This document shows, piece by piece, positions 26,614 through 40,737 of a DNA stretch of 64,000 bases. The notes under the pieces were generated by a model that searched no databases, was not told where the DNA came from, and saw nothing but the letters and a program-made list of their open reading frames with translations. The translations under genes were made by a program, and so were the position numbers. The stretch spans positions 113,708,001 through 113,772,000 of the forward strand of contig OZ024743.1 of NCBI GenBank assembly GCA_964016885.1, given 5' to 3'. This DNA is from Eledone cirrhosa. Taxonomy: Eukaryota. The first letter of the stretch is position 1; each line of letters opens with the position of its first letter.

Positions 26614-29553
26614 GATCATCATCATCATCATCATCATCATCATTTTACGTTCGCTCTTCCCTGCTTGCAAGGGTGAGACGGGTCTTATTCAGCACAGCAT
26701 CTCTCCACTTGTCACGGTCCTTCGTCATCTCCACCGTGAGCTTCAGCGATCTGAGGTCTGTTCTCACCACCTCCGCCCAGGTTTTTCGTGGTCTACCTCT
26801 ATCAGGTCTTCCTTCAACTGGCATTTCCTGGCACTTCTTTACCTATCGGTCATCCTCCATGCGCATCACATGTCCATACCACCTCAGTCTCCTCTCCCGT
26901 ACACTACATTCTATCCCTCTCAGACACAGTTTCTCTCTTAACACATTCATGCTGGGTCATTTATGCACATTGACACTGCACATCCAACGGAGCATGCTTG
27001 CCTCATTTCTCTCCAGCCGTCGCATATCCTCTGCAGTTGCTGCCCATGTCTCACTACCATGCAACATCGCGCTCCTCACACAGGCATCATATAACTGGCC
27101 TTTCGTATGCAGGGAGAAACCCTTCTTCGTCAGCAGAGGAAGCAGCTCCCTAAACTTCTTCCAACCTGTCCTTATTCTAGATACTATGTCCTTGGAACAC
27201 CCCCCTTCCCATGCTAATCTGATCTCCTAGGTACCGGAAGCTATCCACCACTTCTATAGCACCCGCCTGCATTGGAAAAATGTGTCTATCTATGTGACTT
27301 CTACTGTCAAATTTCCCTGTACATATACTGCATACATATTTCTCCCTACCTGTTAGTTTGCCTGCTATCCCACTACATCTCTTGTGTACCCAGGATCTGC
27401 ATTGTGTGCATTTTATAGAATTTACGGCAGTTCCTTTTCTGCATATCGAACATGGCCATTTCCCTGATGGAATCAGAGTTTTGTCCTCTTTTCTACTCAT
27501 CAACATTTTTGTCTTAGATAGGTTCACTCTCAGTCCTCTTGCTTCCAACTGCTGCTTCCATAGCCAGAATTTATTCTCTAGCTCCTCTACTAATTCTGCT
27601 ATAAGATCCAGATCGTCAGCATAGAAAAGTTCCCATGGACAGCCAGTCTTAAACTCCTCTGTTATGGCTTGGAGGACTATAATGAACAAGAGCGGGCTGA
27701 GGACCGAACCTTGATGTACTCCTACTCGTATCTGGAATTCCTCACTAAACTCCATTCCTTCCCTGACTTTACTGACAGTACCTCTGTACAAAGTTTGCAC
27801 TGTCCTCACAAGCCATTCCTCAACACCTAGTTTCCTTAGGGACCACCAGATGACAGATCGGGGTACCCTATCAAAGGCCTTCTCTAGGTCAAGAACCTCT
27901 CTTGCAATTGTCTCACCAAGAAGAGGGCATCTGTTGTACTGTTGCCAGGCACAAAACCAAACTGCATCTCATCTAGTTTGACCCTTTCTCTAATTAGTTG
28001 TGCTAATATCCTTTCTGCCACTTTCATAACCTGATCCATCAGTTTTATAGCCCTATAATTGCTCCTCTCCAGAGCATCCCCTTTACCTTTGTAGCAATTT
28101 ATGAGAATACTGCTGCACCAGTCTTTGAGTATGACACCACCATATATAGCCTGATTGATGATGTGTGCAACCAGCTTAGTGCCTATGTCCCCTGATGCCT
28201 TCAGCATCTCGGCAACTATTCCCGATGGTCCAGCAGCCTTACCATTTTTCATTTCCTTAATCGGCTCTTGGACCCTATATTCGTCAATCTCAATAGCTGG
28301 TCCCTCTGTCAGATCTACTGAGGGTAATTTCTCTCTCTCCCATTCGTTGTCCACATTCATCAGTCACTCATAATGACATTTCCAGGCCTCCTTTTTCTGA
28401 TCATTCATGACACTAAGTACACCGGCATCATTCCGGACACATTTATCTCCAACAACATTCTGATTTGCATTGACACACTGCCTTGCAATGTGGAACACCG
28501 CACGCCTCTGATCTTCCCATCGCAGAACATTGGCAAACCTCCTACTCTCAGCCTCCCTGCGTGCTAAGTACACCTGACGTCTAGCTTCTCTCTTACCGGC
28601 TGTATATTCTTCCCTACTCCCACCCTTTTTCCAAGCCTTCCATGCTAGTCTTTTATCTCTAATGGCCTTATCTACTGTGCTGTTCCACTACCAGGTCACT
28701 CTCTGTCTGGTTGGAGCTCTGCTCCAGCCACAAGTTTCATCAGTTGTCACGTAAGAAATTCCAGTTATTATCTATGTCATACGTCTCTAAATCATGTTCT
28801 TTTTGACCATACACATCTTGAAGGGCTTTCCTAAATTTGTATTTTAGTGAAAGGTCTTTTAGCTTCCAGACCTTTCTTCTCCACACCTTCCTGTATGTTT
28901 CATTCCATCTCTTGCTTACTGAGATATCACTAACGACTAACCTATGCTGTGGGGTACATTCTTCCCCAGGGTATGCCTTGGTATTAGACACTATCTGCCT
29001 GTCCCGCTGCCTAACTAGTAAGAAGTCAATCTGGCTTATGTGCTCGCCAGATTTGTAGGTTATTAGGTGGTTGGCAGGTTTCTGGAAGTTTGGAGCTGTC
29101 CAACATGACCATTGAAGTCCCCTGCTAGCATAACAATGTCTCCGTCCTCTGTCATTGCGGTTGTTTGTAAAAGTTGCTCGTAAAAGCAGTTTTTCTCATC
29201 TTTGCCTAGGCCTGCTTCGGGAGCATAGGCAGAGATGATTGTCAGTAGTCTCCTGCCTACAACTAATCTAAGCTTAATTATTCGATTACTAACTCTAACT
29301 ACCTCTATTGTCTTATTGATCCATCTCTCAGCCAGGAAAATGCCTACTCCCCCTAACCCACATCCTTACCTACCCAGAAAAGCTCATAGCTAAGATGTTT
29401 GCCTACGACTAGTCTCGCAGAGGCACCTCTCCATCTCACCTCTTGCATGCAGCACACATCTACATACCTTCACTCCAGTATCTCCGCTATTTCAGATCTA
29501 CCTCTGAGAGTGCCAACATTAAGTGTTGCAACTCTGAGATGCGACGTCTTCAT
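26614..29553 (-). mobile_element. RTE-clade LINE, near full length, decayed (APE + RT + PHD-type finger)
   Basis: MKTSHLRVATLNVGTL...CCMQE (APE); KAAGPSG, NYRAIKL, QFGF, GVHQGSVLSP, YADD (RT); (GAT)n tail; several frameshifts. Confidence 0.93.
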
Positions 29554-30118
29554 ATTTTGTTGTTGTTCCTATTTGTTACTGTGCTGATATGCATCACATG
29601 GCCATTCCAGTACTTTCTTCACTTTTGCACACTACATTTGACCCCTCTTATGCTCAGTTTCTCTTTTAGCTCATCCATATTTTACTGTTCATGGACATTA
29701 ATATCACACATCCATTGATGCATGTTCACTTCATTTCTCTCAAATCTTCTTATGTTAGTATAAATAGGGAAGAAAAGAGCTTTACTTTCAAATATGTTAT
29801 ATTAAAAACATGATTGTGCTCAAGTTATTAAGGATTTTTCATATTTTGTTATTGGTTCTCTATGTTTAATTATAAATAATTACTTTCTTAGAACCAAACT
29901 ATTAATGTTTTGAGACCATCACAGCTCTATCTTCAGAATAATAATAATAATATTAGTGGTGTATTGATCACATGTTTCACAGTGGTTGCAAAGGATCATG
30001 GGAGTAATAGTAAAATTATGGATGCCTGATATAAAAATGAACCAACAGTTGACGTTTGGCAGTTATAATTAGTTTCATGTTTGTTGTAACTGTGTTATAA
30101 TGTTTTGTTTATATTTAA

Positions 30119-30345
30119 CCTTTTAGCATTTATGTTACTCTATATATACCATTATATTTTCATGGTAAAGGCTTTATCTCACATAATTATCTCACAAAAG
30201 ATGGAATCTACGAGATTTTGATGATGTTATTATTTATTTTGAAAATAATATCTTAATGTCAGTATGAGTGGCTGGTTATGGCTGGTTTGAACAGAAAGAG
30301 GTAAGAGAATTCTGGCCAGATATGGCTGGTTTAAATGCTAAAGGG
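30119..30345 (-). mobile_element. piggyBac-type MITE interrupted at its terminus by Gypsy
   Basis: TTAA|CCTTTTAGCATTTA ... TAAATGCTAAAGGG; closing TTAA displaced to 33182. Confidence 0.8.
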
Positions 30346-33177
30346 TATAGTGACTAGCGCCACCTTGCTCTCTGTCAAAAGTACTGTAACGTTGCTTTGC
30401 TGGTTTTAGTTGGTGTGAGAAAAACGCCAGTGGTTGAACCTGGTGGTCGATCGCATGTTGCAAGACTGTTCCAACAGCACGTTCCAGTGTTTTATCGATG
30501 AAGTCACACGTGGATTGGATTTCGTGTTTGCTTACGTGGATGATCTCCTGATAGCCAGTGACACAGCTGAACATCATCAGCAACATTTATCTCAGTTATT
30601 TCAACGTCTTCAATCGTACCAGGTCAGAATCAACCCAGCTAAATGTGTGTTTGGTACAGCTTCACTGGAATTCCTTGAACATCTTATAGATTCAGAAAGC
30701 ATATGACCTTTGCCATCTAAGGTAGAAGCGATTCAGCATATTGCACCACCCACCTCCCTGAAACAATTACGTCATTTCTTGGGATTAATTAACTTTTATC
30801 GTCGCTTCATTCCTAACTGTGCGGACAAGTTGTTCCCCTTGACACAGTTTTTAAAGGCTGCGAAAAAGAAAGATGCTCCTATTTCACTTCACTTTCTGCC
30901 GATGCTTTGCAGTCTTTTGAATCCGTCAAGTCTGAGATAGCTGAAGTTTTCTTACTCGCCCATCCTGTTGCAAACGTGAGACTTTCTTTATCTGTTGACA
31001 CATCCGATCATGCTGTTGGAGCAGTCTTGCAACATGCGATCGACTACCAGGTTCAACCACTGGCGTTTTTCTCACGCCAACTAAAACCAGCAGAGCAACG
31101 TTACAGTACTTTTGACAGAGAGCTTTTAGCAGTTTATCTTGCTGTGAGACACTTCCACCATCTTCTTGAAGGTCGGGAGTTCACGGTACCATAAACCACT
31201 CACATTTGCTCTTCAAACCAAGTCCGACAGATACTCTCCAAGGGCATACAGACATTTGGATTTCATCTCCCAGTATACCAGTGACATTCGTCATATAGCT
31301 GGAGCTGCCAACATACCCGCGGATGCATTATCTCGACTTTCTGTGTGTTCTCTTGCATCTCCTGCACATATCGATTTGGTTGCCATAGCAACTGACCAAC
31401 CTACTCTGGATTCGTTGGACATTTCTTCTACCCAGTTTTCCTGCTGCAAATTTGAATATTTACCTCTTCCGTCTGCTGAAGGAAAAATTCTTTACGATAT
31501 TTCTACTGGCTCACCCAGACCACTTGTTCCAGATTGCCATCAACATACGTTTTTGATGCACTTCATTCCTTGTCGCATCCCGGCATAGCTGCCATGGTGA
31601 AGCTTATTACGGCTCGATTTTTTTGGCCTAATATGTGTTGTTTAATCACCGGTTGGGCACATTCTTGTTTGAAGTGTCAGCGCTCTAAGATTTATCGGCA
31701 TCCTCGCGCTCCTCTTGGGAAATTCAGCCCGCCAGACGCACGTTTCCGTCATATTCACATGGATATTGTTGGTCCATGGCTTGTTAGTCGTGGGTTCACA
31801 TACATATTGACTTGTATTGATCGTTTCTCTCGGTGGCCTGAAGCCATACCCCTCGTGGACATAACAGCAGAGTCCGTTGCCCGAGCTTTCATTTCCAATT
31901 GGATTGCTCGTTTTGGTGTTCCTACTAAAATAACTACGGATCGTGGACGCCAATTTGAAGCTTCCTTATTTCGTGAAATATCACGACTCTTGGGTGCTCA
32001 TCACATTCATATGACCAGCTACCACCCAGCCTCCAATGGAATGGTCGAGAGGTTTCATCGACAGTTGAAACCTGCACTTTGCACTACTCCTGATCCGCAA
32101 TGTTGGATCGAATTTTTGCCTATCGTGCTTCTTGGTTGTCATGCTGCCATTAAGAAAGATTTAGGTTTTTCTTCTGCTGAACTTCTTTATGGTACCACAT
32201 TGTCTCTTCCTGGACAAATGTTAGCACCAGTGGATTCATCACATCTTGACCCAGCATCATATGTCACCAGGATTCGTTCGTATTTCTCGGATCTTCCACC
32301 GATGAACCCTCGTGACCAATCTATTTCTTCTGCTGTCCCATCGGACATCTCTACGTGAACACACATTTTCATATGAAATGATTCCGTCAAGGGACCTCTT
32401 ACGTCACCTTGTAATGGACCTTTTTGTGTGCTTTCGCACACACCAAAACACTTTAGAGTGGCTGTCAATGGTCGAAATGAGGTAATATCCGTTGACAGAG
32501 CAAAGAAGTCTCACATCATTGCCTGACATACCTGGCACATACGCTCCCACACAAACACCTTCACCTCCACCGCAAACATGACATACCACACAACCATATG
32601 TCACAGGAAGTGGCAGGACAGTAATATGGCCACGGAAACTCTCAAAAACAATATTCGTCTAACCCCTAGTGGCATTAACTATTTGACTTTGAAAAATTTT
32701 GAACTTATTTTGAGCACTATTTTCCTTGCTCCCTTGTACTGTTTTGAATTGTATTGTTCCAGTTACATTTTTCTACATGCTTATTTTCATACTTTGCTTT
32801 TGTTACAAACCATTGTAATTTATGTACCTTTTGTTTTGCTTGCTCCTTATTCTACGGCTCCTCGCTACAATGACCTTACGGTTATTATCGACTATCGTCT
32901 AGAGGGGAGCCTTGTAGCGACTAGCGCCACCTTGCCCGGGGAGAAAAAACTAATTGGAGTTACTTCCCGTTGAATTCTAGAGGATTCCTTGAACTTCCGG
33001 TAAAAGGATATAAATAGAGGGAACGCAAATCAAGCTCTCTCTTATTTGGCAACGGCTCTCGGACAGTTCACTCACGAGCGAGTTTGTTAACCTTATTATA
33101 TCTGTATCGAATTAAATTAGTGGTTGGCCTGCAGTGGCGTTTACCAAAGTAAATAACCCTGTGACTAATTCACTAAA
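30346..33177 (+). mobile_element. Rearranged Ty3/Gypsy LTR retrotransposon (RT-RNaseH-IN, decayed)
   Basis: YVDD; FLGLINFYRRF; DTSDHAVGAVL..YSTFDRELLA; HHCC; [22 protein letters not shown]; PPT AGAGGGGAG at 32901; AGGG target duplication. Confidence 0.93.
32913..33177 (+). repeat. Gypsy 3' LTR (about 265 bp)
   Basis: Begins TGTAGCGACTAGCGCCACC after the PPT; ends CACTAAA (decayed CACTACA). Confidence 0.8.
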
Positions 33178-33589
33178 AGGGTTAAGAAAGCTGTCGCTTC
33201 TTCAGTTTTTGTCTTGCAGATTTCTCTCACAGGATTGTTTCAACCTGAATCTATAGTAGAAGATACATGCACAAAGGTAAATAACATCATCATCATCATC
33301 ACCGTTTTACATCCATTCTTTCATGCTAGCAAGGGTTAAACCGGTTGTCCTGTTGTGGGCAATGTCAGGTCAGGTGACCATGTCTTGCTCATACAGAACT
33401 GATTTTGGCTTGGTTTCTACAGCTGGATGCTCTTCCTAACACCAACCTCATTTACAGTGAGTACTGGGTGCTTTTTTACCGGGGCACCTACAGGACCACT
33501 TTACAGTGTGGACTAGTTGCTTTTTTTGTTGTGATACCTACACGACCCCCTTTACAGTGAGAGAGGGGTTGGGCATACTTTGTTGTTCG

Positions 33590-33990
33590 CGTATATTACT
33601 ATTACACATCCATCAGAACATGCAAGCCTCGTTTCTTTCTAATCTACGCAAGTCTTCTACACATGTAACATTGTGTTCGTATGCACGCATCATACAGTCT
33701 GCCTTTCATTTTGAGGGAAAAGCCATTTGCAGCTAGTAGTGGTAGTAGCTCCCTGAACTTCTTCCATCCCGTTCTTACCCTGGTTACTGTACTTTCAGAA
33801 CACCCACCTCCTCTGCTAATTCGGTCACCCAGGTAGCAAAAACTGTCTACTGTTTCTACAGAGCCCTCCTAGAATTTGGTAGTGCCTATTTCCTGTGGTT
33901 GTTTGATGCTTATTGTCCTGGTGCAACTGCTACATGTAAAGCCTACATTCTTAACTAAACTTCCTTAGATCCCACTACATCTTTTGGCAA
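33590..33990 (-). pseudogene. RTE RT C-terminal fragment
   Basis: KRCSGI...FTCSSC, VDSFCYLGD, GWKKFREL homologous to the 56339 ORF. Confidence 0.75.
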
Positions 33991-34274
33991 TTCAATACAA
34001 CACTTTGTTTACATATATGATTTAACAGTGATCTGGTATGTATGATAATATTTCTACTTGTCCCATATTCTTATGAAGAATTCAAGCCCTGACGATAAAA
34101 CTTCAGTTCTTCCAGCATTGGCTATCCCAATGTCTTGAAATTCCAGATGTTGATTTTTTGAGTTTTTGAAACTATGGTCAGAGCATTGTATAGGTTAGAA
34201 TTGGTTTCCTTTAGCCAATTTGACATGTATCCCCCACCCCCGCCCCCAAGTGTGATTTAGGCTTAAGTTTTATA

Positions 34275-34434
34275 CCATATTTCTCAGACAATACTTTTTT
34301 CCTAAAATAAGTCTAAAAAATCTACCATGCGTCCTGGAGGCCAAAAGTTTTTTATTAATTTTTTTCAAATTTTGTGTTGTAAAAATTAGGGTGCGTGCTC
34401 AAGGACGAAGCGTCTTTGGTGTCAGGAAATACGG
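34275..34434. mobile_element. pogo/Tc2-like MITE
   Basis: TA|CCATATTTC ... GAAATACGG|TA. Confidence 0.5.
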
Positions 34435-34437
34435 TAT

Positions 34438-34950
34438 ATATTATTATGGTTAAGTGGTGAGTTTTGTTACTCTGGAGTTCCACCTGTGCTCTCACAGCTT
34501 CCTCAAACAAGACTAAATTTATCTCCTGTTTTCTCTAGTAATTCCATTTTTCAGTAGATATTTTATTCACCCCTACCAATTGATATGTACCCACCTTCCC
34601 ACCCAAGTTATTTCCTCTTCCTTTCATTTACCTAATTTATCATCATCATTATCTGAAAATTCATTCCTTTTGCTAATCTTATTAATTCTTATTATCAACA
34701 TTATCATCACGTATCATGTCTATACCTTCCTTAGTTCTTTCTTCGTGTCCTTTTTTTTCACCTTTCTCTTATTGTAACTCCCTTCTTTCCCGACCTACAT
34801 AACCATTCAAAAACATCTATCCCCACACCCTTCAGTCTTCCCCTAATTATACTGCCTCTGGTTTTGAAAATTTAATCTGGTCTAATGATTATGTGAGCAT
34901 GCAGGTGAAACTCCAGAGTAACAAGGCTCACCACTTAGCAATGATAAATA
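34438..34950. repeat. Diverged inverted arms (about 55 bp) around a 400-bp spacer
   Basis: TAAGTGGTGAG..GTTACTCTGGAGTT.CACCTG / CAGGTG.AACTCCAGAGTAAC..CTCACCACTTA; arm also at about 36410. Confidence 0.7.
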
Positions 34951-35010
34951 AATATTTAAACTCTGCTTCAGTGTTGAGTATTCATTCTCACTTCCATCAA
35001 TAAAACACAC

Positions 35011-35145
<135 letters not shown>

Positions 35146-35164
35146 ATCCAGCCCACACTGTGTG

Positions 35165-35418
35165 GAGGCACGTGGCCTAGTAGTAGGGGTGTTGGAGTTA
35201 CGATCATAATGTTGTGGGTTCGATTCCTGGGTCGTGTGTTGTGTTCTTGAGCAAAAACACTTCAATTCATGTTGCTCCAGTATACTCAGCTGAAAATGAG
35301 TACCAGCAATAGCTGGTGTCCTGTCCAGGGGGAAGTCTTGTACTCTCAGTCCCTTCACGCCATGAAACCGAGATAAGCACCGGCCAAATGAGCCTTCTTG
35401 CTTAAGACAGACTTTAGA
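35165..35418 (+). mobile_element. tRNA-derived SINE (Meta-like body) nested in an RTE-tail SINE
   Basis: A box TGGCCTAGTAG, B box GGTTCGATTCC, GTCCAGGGG..GAAACCGAGATAAGC; CCACACT on both sides. Confidence 0.65.
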
Positions 35419-35651
35419 CTCCACACTATAAAGTGGTCCTGTAAGTGTTACGACAAAAAGTACTCAGCACACACTGTAAATGTGGTTGGTGTTAGGAAGG
35501 GGATCCAGCTGTAGAAATCTAGCTAGAAACAGTCCTATATGAGCAAGACTCAGTTACCTGACCCAACTTACCTCTAATGGAACAACCCGTCTAACCCATG
35601 GTAGCGTGGATAATGAACGTTAAATGATGACGATAGTGATGATATATATAT

Positions 35652-36381
35652 ATCATCATCATCACCATTTTATGTCCGCTTTTCCACGCTAGCATGGGTT
35701 AGATGGGTTGTCCTGTTGTGAGCAGTGTCCGGTCGGCTGACCTTGTCTTGCTCATACGAGAACTGATTCTAGCTTGATTTCTACAGCTGGATGCCCTTCC
35801 TAACACCAACCTCATTTATAGTGAGTGCTGGGTGCTTTTTTTTCCGTGACGCCTACATGTCCACTTTACAGTGTGGGCTGGGTGCTTTTTTGCCGTGGCA
35901 CCTCCACAACCACTTTGCAGTGGGAGAGGTTGGGGGCATATTGTCTATATGCTTTAGCTTCGGCTTGTACCTGTGGGAAGTTGGGTCTTCTGTATTACTG
36001 CGTGACGCCAGAGGTCATGGTCCTGTGTCGTCGCCTTTGAGAGGTGCAAATATATATATATGTATATATATATACATATATATAGATATATATTCATTTC
36101 ATTTTTTTCATTTTACATCCGCTTTTTCCCTGCTTACAAGGGTGGGACGGGAACTGATTCTGGCTTGATTTCTACAGCTGGATGCCCTTCCTAACACCAA
36201 CCTCATTTACAGTGAGTGCTGGGTGCTTTTTTTCCGTGGCACCTCCACGGCTGAGTAAACTGGAGCAATGTGAAATAAAGTGTCTTGCTCAAGGAAACAA
36301 CACATCACCCGGTCTGAGAATTGAACTCACAACCTTTCGATTGCAAGGCCAATGCTCTAACCACTAAGCCATGTGCCTCCA
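35652..36381 (-). mobile_element. RTE-tail SINE fragment plus tRNA/CORE-like SINE
   Basis: GGATGCCCTTCCTAACACCAAC twice; tRNA head ends ...AAGCCATGTGCCTCC. Confidence 0.75.
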
Positions 36382-36724
36382 TATATATATATATATATAT
36401 AATATATTCTTTATTATGGCTAAGAGATGAATTTTGTTACACTGGAGTTTCACCTGTGTCTCATGACCTGTGAGTACACCCCAGATGTACAAAACTGATC
36501 ACTTAGCCTTAATAAAGAACATTTGGATTGACAGTATCGGTAGAGGGTCGGGCGCCATGCTTTAAAGCATAGAGTTACCTCCCTTTATGATCTGAGTTCA
36601 AATCCCGCCGAGGTTAACTTTGCTTTTCATCCTTACGGGGGTCGATAAAATAAAGTACCAGTAATGCACTGGGGTAATTGCTGGCCTGGTGCCAAAAGTA
36701 GAAACAATTATTAAACTCTACTTT

Positions 36725-36759
<35 letters not shown>

Positions 36760-37264
36760 ACACTTAGGAGAGAGAGAGAGAGAGTGGTCACAGCTGGAAA
36801 GCGGTTTGACCATAAGCCTGCTCAATTAAGAATGACCTGGGGTTAAACTACTAATGCAGTTGGTGATGGTGGGGTGGGGGGGGTTGTACTGTTACTACTA
36901 CTACTACTACTACTACTACTACGATTTATGAAACTTCATATCAAATATTACATTGTGTCTCACCTAGTTTTGTTCTGTACAAAAGTACTCATTTCTTTCT
37001 TTTTTTTTCTGTGTTTATTAATTTTCTTGTTTATTATTATTTATTTATTCTTCCTTTGAATTAAATATGATATTGGCACATGACTGCATATTGATGTTTC
37101 ATATATAACTCTGTTGCCAAGGTGGTGGGGTGAGGAGTTGGGGTGGTGTAGTGGTGTAGCAGGGGTGTGTAGGGTGGTGGTGGATGGTGCTTCCTACCAC
37201 CACCGGGGGGGGGGGGACTCTAATTGAAAAGGTAGTGACAGCTAATGACAATGATCTACAACAA

Positions 37265-40200
37265 AATGTGGTGGTGGTGATAGTGATGGTCTGATGGTTT
37301 TAGTGGTGGTGGTGGTGGTGGTGGTAGTGAAGGTCTGATGGTTATGGTGGTGGTGGTGCTGATAGTGATGGTGGTGCTGATAGTGATGGTCTGATGGTTT
37401 TAGTGGTGATAGTGGTGGTGATAGTGAAGGTCTGATGGTTATGGTGGTGGTGATAGTGAAGGTCTGATGGTTATGGTGGTGGTGGTGGTGGTAGTGATGG
37501 TCTGATGGTTTTAGTGGTGATGGTGGTGGTGATAGTGATGGTCTGATGGTTATGATGGTGGTGGTGGTAGTGAAGGTCTGATGGTTTTAGTGGTGATGGT
37601 GGTGGTGGTAGTGAAGATCTGATGGTTATGGTGGTGGTGGTGGTAGTGAAGGTCTGATGGTTATGGTGGTAGTGGTGGTGGTAGTGATAGTAATGGTCTG
37701 ATGGTTTTAGTGGTGGTGGTGGTGGTAGTGAAGGTCTGATGGTTATGATGGTGGTGGTAGTGATAGTGATGGTCTGGTGGTGGTGGTGACAACGATGATG
37801 ATGATGGTAGTAGTGGTGGTCTGATGGTTGTGGTGGTGGTGATAGTGATAGTGATGGTCTGATGGTTTTAGTGGTGTTGGTGGTGGTGATGGTAGTGATG
37901 GTCTGATGGTTATGGAGGTGTTGGTGGTGGTGATGGTAGTGATGGTAGTGATGGTCTGATGGGTATGGTGGTGATAATGGTGGTGTTGGTCTGATGATTG
38001 TGGTGGTGATAGTGGTGATGACAGTGTTGGTGATAGTGGTGATGGTGATGGTCTGATGGTTGTGGTGGTGGTGATGATAGTGATAGTGATGGTCTGATAG
38101 TAATGATGGTCTGATGGTTATGGTGATGATACTGGTGGTGTTGGTGGTGACAGTGTTGGTGATAGTGGTGATGGTGATGGTCTGATGGTTGTGGTGGTGG
38201 TGATGATAGTGATAGTGATGGACTGATAGTAATGATGGTCTGATGGTTATGGTGATGATAGTGATGATAGTGGTGGTGTTGGTGGTGACAGTGTTGGTGA
38301 TAGTGGTGATGGTGATGGTCTGATGGTTGTGGTGGTGGTGATGATAGTGATAGTGATGGTCTGATAGTAATGATGGTCTGATGGTTATGGTGATGATAGT
38401 GATGATAGTGGTGGTGTTGGTAGTGACAGTGTTGGTGATAGTGGTGATGGTGATGGTCTGATGGTTGTGGTGGTGGTGATGATAGTGATAGTGATGGTCT
38501 GATGGTTATGGTGATGATAGTGGTGGTGTTGGTGGTGACAGTGTTGGTGATAGTGGTGATGGTGATGGTCTGATGGTTGTGGTGGTGGTGATGATAGTGA
38601 TAGTGATGGTCTGATAGTAATGATGGTCTGATGGTTATGGTGATGATAGTGATGATAGTGGTGGTGTTGGTAGTGACAGTGTTGGTGATAGTGGTGATGG
38701 TGATGGTCTGATGGTTGTGGTGGTGGTGATGATAGTGATAGTGATGGTCTGATAGTAATGATGGTCTGATGGTTATGGTGATGATAGTGATGATAGTGGT
38801 GGTGTTGGTAGTGACAGTGTTGGTGATAGTGGTGATGGTGATGGTCTGATGGTTGTGGTGGTGGTGATGATAGTGATAGTGATGGTCTGATAGTAATGAT
38901 GGTCTGATGGTTATGGTGATGATAGTGATGATAGTGGTGGTGTTGGTGGTGACAGTGTTGGTGATAGTGGTGATGGTGATGGTCTGATGGTTGTGGTGGT
39001 GGTGATGATAGTGATAGTGATGGTCTGATAGTAATGATGGTCTGATGGTTATGGTGATGATAGTGATGATAGTGGTGGTGTTGGTAGTGACAGTGTTGGT
39101 GATAGTGGTGATGGTGATGGTCTGATGGTTGTGGTGGTGGTGATGATAGTGATAGTGATGGTCTGATAGTAATGATGGTCTGATGGTTATGGTGATGATA
39201 GTGATGATAGTGGTGGTGTTGGTAGTGACAGTGTTGGTGATAGTGGTGATGGTGATGGTCTGATGGTTGTGGTGGTGGTGATGATAGTGATAGTGATGGT
39301 CTGATAGTAATGATGGTCTGATGGTTATGGTGATGATAGTGATGATAGTGGTGGTGTTGGTGGTGACAGTGTTGGTGATAGTGGTGATGGTGATGGTCTG
39401 ATGGTTATGGTGATGATAGTGGTGGTGTTGGTGGTGACAGTGTTGGTGATAGTGGTGATGGTGATGGTCTGATGGTTGTGGTGGTGGTGATGATAGTGAT
39501 AGTGATGGTCTGATAGTAATGATGGTCTGATGGTTATGGTGATGATAGTGGTGGTGTTGGTGGTGACAGTGTTGGTGATAGTGGTGATGGTGATGGTCTG
39601 ATGGTTATGGTGATGATAGTGATGATAGTGGTGGTGTTGGTGGTGACAGTGTTGGTGATAGTGGTGATGGTGATGGTCTGATGGTTGTGGTGGTGGTGAT
39701 GATAGTGATAGTGATGGTCTGATGGTTATGGTGATGATAGTGGTGGTGTTGGTGGTGACAGTGTTGGTGATAGTGGTGATGGTGATGGTCTGATGGTTGT
39801 GGTGGTGGTCATGATAGTGATAGTGATGGTCTGATAGTAATGATGGTCTGATGGTTATGGTGATGATAGTGATGATAGTGGTGGTGTTGGTAGTGACAGT
39901 GTTGGTGATAGTGGTGATGGTGATGGTCTGATGGTTGTGGTGGTGGTGATGATAGTGATAGTGATGGTCTGATAGTAATGATGGTCTGATGGTTATGGTG
40001 ATGATAGTGATGATAGTGGTGGTGTTGGTAGTGACAGTGTTGGTGATAGTGGTGATGGTGATGGTCTGATGGTTGTGGTGGTGGTGATGATAGTGATAGT
40101 GATGGTCTGATAGTAATGATGGTCTGATGGTTATGGTGATGATAGTGGTGATAGTGGTGGTGTTGGTAGTGACAGTGTTGGTGATAGTGGTGATGGTGAT

Positions 40201-40335
40201 GGTCTGATGGTTGTGGTGGTGGTGATGATAGTGATAGTGATGGTCTGATAGTAATGATGGTCTGATGGTTATGGTGATGATAGTGGTGATAGTGGTGGTG
40301 TTGGTAGTGACAGTGTTGGTGATAGTGGTGGTGGA
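37265..40335. repeat. GAT/GGT-based satellite with 138-bp higher-order unit
   Basis: GACAGTGTTGGTGATAG recurs every 138 bp (38149, 38287, 38425; 38675-39365); 46-aa repeat in the ORF track. Confidence 0.9.
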
Positions 40336-40702
40336 ATGATACATGTATAGTGTTTTGTTGGAAGGTTTATCCCTCATAATCAATATGTTACTCTTTTGTA
40401 TGCCATTCCCCCCTCCTCTTCCTCTTCCCCTCCCCTCATCCACCCTGTGCTCCCCACCTCTCTCCTTCCTTTCTGCTCCTGTGTCAAATCATTGAAGCTG
40501 ATCCGAACATGAGAAGGTTTATGCCCCACAGTGGGAGACCAATTTGAAGATTTAGGAATGAAGTAGGGGAAGGGAACTTATTTTTATAAGTGGTTAAAGT
40601 GTTCCTTGGTTTTATGTTCAGGTCCAATGTCTGCTACATTGGCCAAGGGACTTCTATTATAGCTTCTATTGACCAATAGTAATGATAAGGAGACACACAC
40701 AC

Positions 40703-40737
<35 letters not shown>

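Noticed and set aside
39325-40443. 372-aa His/Thr mucin-like ORF
   Set aside because: Translation of the 138-bp satellite; no signal peptide or splice support
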